From Hemiscyllium ocellatum (taxonomy: Eukaryota): a DNA stretch of 64,000 bases. The notes under the pieces are model-generated. The model was given only the letters and a program-made list of their open reading frames with translations. It was not told where the DNA came from and did not search any database. The stretch lies in assembly GCF_020745735.1 (NCBI RefSeq), contig NC_083409.1, positions 18,248,341 to 18,312,340 on the forward strand. The letters are read 5' to 3'. Position 1 is the first letter of the stretch; every line of letters begins with the position of its first letter. Shown one piece after another: positions 58,530 through 64,000 of this stretch. Made by a program: the position numbers and the translations under genes.

Positions 58530-59610
58530 GATACAGAACTGGCTGAGTCAGAGGAGATAGAGGGCAGTGTTGGAAGGGTGGTTTTCAGAATGGAGGGCTG
58601 TGATTCCTGGTGTTCCACAGGGATCGGTGGTGGGAACTCTGCTGTATATGGTCTGCATTAATGATATGGAGGAAAGCGTATCTGGTCTAATTAATAAGTT
58701 TACGGTTAATACAAAGATTGGTAGAGTTACAGATAATGAGAAAGTATGTCAGAGGATACAGCAGGATGTAGATCAGTTGGTTGCATGGACAGAAAAATGG
58801 AAGATGTAGTTTAATCCAGGCAAATGTGAGGTGATGCATTTTGAAAGATGATGTACAGGTGGGAATTATACAGTGAATGGCAGAATCCTTTGGAGTATTG
58901 ATATGCAGCGGGATCTGGGTGTGTATGTTCACAGATCACTGAAGGTGGCAGCACAGGGAGGTAAGGCAGTAAAAAAGGCTTATGGCCTGCTTGCCTTCAT
59001 TGGAAGGGGCATTGAGTGTAAGGACAAACAAGTTACGTGCAGCTTTATCGAACTTTAGTACGGCCACACTTGGAATATGGCATACAGTTCTGGTCACCAC
59101 ACTACCAGAAGGATGTGGATGCTTTGAAGATGGTGCAGAAAACGTTTATCAGGATATTGTCTGGTATGAAAGATTTTAGTTCTGAAGAAATGTTGGATAG
59201 ACTGCGTTTGTTTTCACTGGAATGGGGGAAAATGAGGCATGACCCGATAGAAGTTTGTAAAGTTGTGAACGGCATAGGTAGAGTGTAAAATATGAGGCGT
59301 TTATTTTCCAGTTTGGAGGGATCAATTATCAGAGAAGAGAGGTTCAAGGTGCAGAGGTGGGGGAATTTAAAAGAGATGTGGGAGGCATGTATTTCACACA
59401 GAGGGAGTTGAGTACCTGGAACACACTGCCAGAGGAGGGGGTGGAAGCAGACACAATAGAAATATTCAAGAAATACCTGCACTAATGCATGATTAGGAAG
59501 GGAATAGGGGGACATGAATCCTGTAGGTGAAGATAGTTTCAGTGAGGAAGGGCAAAATGTATCAGCACAGGCTTGGAGGGCCGAAGGGCCTGTTCCTGTG
59601 CTGTATTGTT
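58530..59610 (+). mobile_element. Degenerate CR1 RT C-terminal half and tail
   Basis: VPQGSVVGTLLYMVCIND; LYRTLVRPHLEYGIQFWSPH; tail gggccgaagggcctgttcctgtgctgtattgttc. Confidence 0.9.
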
Positions 59611-61264
59611 CCTTGTTCTTTGGTCCCTGCTGTTGAATTGGATTCTCGGGAGCCAGCTCCGTATGAAGAGCCTGTTCTCATTCTTTTGTTGGAGTTCATG
59701 GTGCAGCTGCTGCTTCCTTGCTACGTCACTGATCAAACCAACAAATTGGGAAGCCTCTTGATATTTTAAATACACTGTCTGCAGGAAAATGTTTGACCGA
59801 GGTTTTAATATTGTTTAATAAGGGAATGACATCAATACACCAGTGTTGTTTACGGCTGGGAACATTTAATATCATGGTCTGAGAATTCAATGGATCCTCA
59901 CTCGTGACAATACAGTTTTCAATGTTTCTCTCCCCTTACGTGTTATGAAGAAGTTTTCAAACGTGTTATGATGAGGACAGTGCATCTTCAACACCGTGTG
60001 ACGGAGTGGGTGGCTGTTTGAATTCTCACTTATGATAATACAGTTTTAAATGTGTCAGTGTTGCTTTCCCCACTCTCTGGGGGGAATCGCTGTAACTGTC
60101 TCCACCCCACCCTTCACTCTCGAGGTGATACCATTTTTAGCAACCTTTCTGTCTGAGAATGTCCCTGTTCCTGTTCCCCTCTCTCAGGGATGGGGTGGGT
60201 GTTTCACATGCACCTGGTTTGTTAGTTCCATTTACTGTCTTGTGAAATGGGTAATCCCTGTTTTACTCTGGTAACAGTGAGTTAAAACCCAGTAGAGTTC
60301 ACCTTCATCTCCATCATATCTCAGAGCCTAAGGTTGGTCAGTACTGTCTGGCTCCAGAACAATCCCACCACTTCCCATAGTTTTCCTTCTTTCCTATCTT
60401 TACTGAATACTTTGGATCCAGGAATTCCCAGTCCCGCCCGATCTCTGTTAGAGCCACAGCATCAGATTTCTACTTGGCAATCTGCATCTGTAACTCCCCA
60501 ACACTATTATTGACCCATTTCAGTCTGTTTCCCATCAGTCAGGGTCCTTCATTGGCAAAGGCTGACTTTAAATAATCTCAGTGACTGTGGAGACCTGGTG
60601 AGGTTGGAAAAAATCAGAAGGATCAGTTGCCCCTTTTGTATTATGTACAGGACCCGGGACACAACAACGGGACCCCAGGGGGCCAGTTGTGCTCGGGTCT
60701 GGGACTGAGGAGCAAGAGCGGGGTCTGTAATCTCTGATCGCTGTCCCTGATTTGTGGGTCCTCTCTGATGGAGACCATTGACAAATCCATTGTCAAGATC
60801 GCCACCTCTTGGCCTGGAGAAGCAAGAACATGCAGTGCTCGTTGGAATAACCTGAAAGTGATCAGAGGACAAGGTCAAAAATCATACGACACCAGGTTAT
60901 AATCCAATAGGTTTATTATAAGACACAAGCCTCGCCCCTTATTCAGGTGCTCAAGGAGCAAACAAGGTGAATTTATTCAACAGAGAAAACAAACTCTGCT
61001 GTTCATTTCCTTCTCGGTTGACTCGGTTGAATATCACACACACACTCAGAGTGGCACCTACAGGCATCATTATGTAGTATACTCGCACTCAGAGGAACAC
61101 ACAGCCTGCAGTGTTAGTGATTGGCCTAAGATCACTTCAGGTACAACACAGCATGCAGCAAAAAGTGCAGAGTGCAATCCCAGCATCTGAGACTGGACCA
61201 CAGAGTGAAGAGGGAATGTCGAAGATTGTAATTATTGAGTCCTAACAGCTTTCTGTTTCTCGGT

Positions 61265-62568
61265 AAAAACAAGGACTGCAGATGCTGGAAACCAGAGGGT
61301 AGATCAGAGTGGTGCTGGAAAAGCACAGCAGGTCAGGCAGCATCCATGGAGAAGGAAAATCAATGTTTCGGGCAAAATCCCTTCATCAGGAATAGAAGTA
61401 GGGTGGTGCAGAGTGGAGAGATAAATATGAGGGGGTTGGGGACAAAGTAGCATAGAGTATAATAGGTGAATGGGGTGGGGACGGAGGTGATAGGTCAGAG
61501 AGGAGGGTGGAGTGGATAGGTGGAAAGGTAGATAAGCAGGTAGGACAGGTCATGAGGATGGTGCTGAGGCTGGAACGTTGAAGTTGGGGTGAGGTGTGGG
61601 AAGGTGAAATGAGGAAGCTGGTGAAATCCACATTGATGCCATGGGATTGAAGTGTTCGGAGGCGGAAGATGAGGCGTTCTTCCTCCAGGCGTCGGGTGGT
61701 GAGGGAGCGGCGGTGGAGGAGGCCTAGGACTTGCATGTCCTCGACAAGGTGGGAGGGGGAGTTGAAATGTTGGGCCACAGGGCAGTGGGGTTGATTGGTG
61801 TGCTTGTCCCTGAGATGTTCCCTAAAGTACACTTCAAGGAGGCGTCCAGTCTCCCCAATATAGAGGAGACTGCATCGGGTGCAACGGATACAATAAATGA
61901 TATTGGTGGATGTGCAGATAAAAATTTGATGGATGTGGAAGGCTCTTTTGGGGCCTTAGATGGAGGTGAGGGAGGAGGTGGGGGGCGCAGGTTTTGCAAT
62001 TCCTGCGGTGGCAGGGGAGGGTGTCAGGAAGGGAGGGTGGGTTGTTGGGGGACGTGGACCTGACCAGGTAGTCACGGATGGAATGGTCTTTGCGGAAAGC
62101 AGGAATGGGTGGGGAGGAAATATATCCCTGGTGGTGGAGTCCGTTTGGACGTGGCGGAAATGTCGTCGGATGATGTGGTTTATGCGAAGGTTGGTAGGGT
62201 GGAAGGTGAGCACCAGGGGGATTCTGTCCTTGTTATGGTTGGAGGGGTGGGGTTTGAGAGCGGAGGGGTGGGATGTGGACGAGCTGCGTTGGAGCGCATC
62301 TTTGACCACGTGGGAAGAGAAATTGCAATCTCTAAATAAGGAGGCCATCTGGTGTGTTTTTTGGTGGAACTGGTCCTCCTGGGAGCAGATATGGCGGAGG
62401 CGGAGAAATTGGGAATATGGGATGGCATTTTTGCAAGAGGTAGGTTGGGATGAGGTGTAATCCTCAGGGTCAGTAGATTTGTATAAAATGTCAGTGTCAA
62501 GTCGGTCATCATTAATGGAGATGGAGTGGTCCAGGAAGGTGAGGGAGGTGTCAGAGATGGTCCAGGTG
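61265..62568 (-). mobile_element. Second, shorter Penelope-like fragment (RT thumb, GIY-YIG, pLTR with decayed hammerhead)
   Basis: CKNAIPYSQFLRLRHIC; IIYCIRCTRCSLLYIGET; RRLEEERLIFRL; CTGATGAaGGGATTTTGCCCGAAACATT at about 61358-61393. Confidence 0.9.
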
Positions 62569-62759
62569 GTCATTAATGGAAATCTGTTTGGAATCTTGTA
62601 ACCTCAAATGATTCCAGATCAAAGGGATCATTTGAAAGTGATTGATGATTGGCTGTCAGTATCCTCTACAATGGATGTGTCATTGATTGACAGGCCAATG
62701 AGCCAATTGTGACAATGCCATGCTGAAATGTAGCCAATCAGCTGAATGGAGTGGTCAAT

Positions 62760-63750
62760 CTCCAAAGCGCACACAGAGACAGAGACTGAATCTTCTTCAT
62801 CTTTATTCCCTTTCCAGATTGACATTGACAGAAAACAGACTGCAATTAACAGCCCAGACAGAGGAAGCTGCACAAATTCACAGCCACAATGGAGCTTGAG
62901 GAAAACACTTGTGGAGGTTTTCTCAATAGCACGAGAATCCTGTCCCTTCAAACAGTGACAAAACCTTAAATTGGAACTGGCGGCTGAGCAGGAAGGAGAT
63001 CTGGTTTACTGAAACAGAGACTTCTGAGGTTCACATTGTTTTGTACAGCTGACAGTCTTTAGCAACTTCAAGAGATTTTACTTGGCATCACAACTCAACT
63101 CTGTCCCAATCAAACATTCCCAGAACAGGGACAGCATGGGGTTTGACACAGTGTAAAGTTCTATCTACAGTGTCCCAATGACCTGCCATAACCCCTGAAC
63201 CTCAGAAATGTCTCTGATTCGGTCCTGAGAAGGAAGAGAGTTGAAATTCAGTTCTGACAATGACATTTGTCCTGCCAGCTCAGCCCTGTTCTATTTAAAG
63301 TTGTGTCTCCTCTATGGACTGTCTTGAACACTCTACATGCATTCTGATCTCCTGATGCTCTTGCTGAGGGGAGAGGGGAGGGTCACGTGTGTGAGGCCAG
63401 TCAGACCCAGAGAGGGTCAGCAGGCTGCTGACACTGTAGGTGCTGTCTGAAGCTCGCAGGTAGTTGCTGGTCTGAACCCCGTCCAAAATGACTGCACCGT
63501 CCTTCTTCCACTGCACCTCCAGTTCATCGGGATAGAAGTGATTGGCAAGGCACTCCAGGGTGGCAGTGCCCTTGGCATTGACCTGCTCCGGGGAGGGAGG
63601 CAGCAGGGTCAGCTTGGGCTGAGAGTTTTCGCAGCCTGAAAGACAAGAGAAACAATTTTAATCCCTGTTATTTGAAGGGATTTTAACTCTCTGAACATTC
63701 ACTGGCAAAACAATCCATTTGAACATTTGTCGCCAATACCTAACAAAGCC
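62760..63750 (-). repeat. About 1-kb inverted duplicate of about 47200-48213 (kappa C exon plus flanks)
   Basis: Collinear reverse-complement similarity from the acceptor region through the 3' UTR to the polyA signal. Confidence 0.88.
63333..63635 (-). pseudogene. IGKC: Ig kappa-type C exon pseudogene
   Basis: tctttcag|GC TGC GAA AAC...DELEVQWKK...GSDW, then a 26-nt deletion (gagtccgacgctcacttctcttgtgc) removes the second Cys and shifts the frame. Length 323+6-26=303. Confidence 0.88.
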
Positions 63751-63779
63751 CAGAAATAAACAGGTATTGTTCAAATTGC

Positions 63780-64000
63780 TTCTTGGATGTGAGTGTCACT
63801 GCTAGGATCAGCATTCATTGCCCATCCCTAATCACCCAGAGGGCAGTTTAGAGTCAACCACATTGCTGTGGGTCTGGAGTCACATGGTAAGGATGGCAGG
63901 TTCCTTCCCTAAAGGACATCAGGGAATCAGATGGCTTTTTCCTGACAATCAACAATTGTTTCACTATCATCATTCGACACTTAATTGTAGATTATTTTAT
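63780..64000 (-). mobile_element. DeuSINE/SacSINE1-like SINE (same family as 8317-8645), runs to the window edge
   Basis: ttgcccatccctaat..agagtcaaccacattgctgtgggtctggagtcacat..ccctaaaggacat. Confidence 0.6.

Noticed and set aside
59897-60053. Two similar 29-nt motifs (ctcact..gtga/atgataatacagtttt.aatgt) about 128 bp apart
   Set aside because: Only two imperfect copies with no coding or structural signal; likely a small local duplication.

Overview
Repeat-rich shark (cartilaginous fish) genomic DNA, judged from HE1-type SINEs, CR1 LINEs and a shark kappa light-chain constant exon. Most ORFs in the supplied track are retroelement debris. (1) Thirteen phase-compatible + strand exons (8094-37366, about 714 codons) encode the C-terminal part of a CEP350-family protein. 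It jumps in frame from the 26.2-26.4 kb exon to the 28.2 kb exon and so lacks the CAP-Gly-containing middle of CEP350; it may be the paralogue CCDC187 or a deleted copy. (2) Bases 1-6996 are a near-identical, indel-rich copy of 36319-43317 ending at a 13-N gap, most likely an assembly false duplication. (3) Two Ig kappa (NS4/type III) C exons face each other: 47320-47642 (+), open but lacking 2 codons, and 63333-63635 (-), frameshifted. No V, J or RSS was seen. (4) A degenerate full-length L1 carries a nested CR1, and there are many CR1, L2 and SINE fragments. (5) Penelope-like (Neptune-type) elements include one with a 13-bp TSD and a minimal hammerhead ribozyme motif, and a 189-bp hammerhead-bearing hairpin derivative with its own 13-bp TSD. 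Family names come from recognising sequences from memory; no database searches were run.
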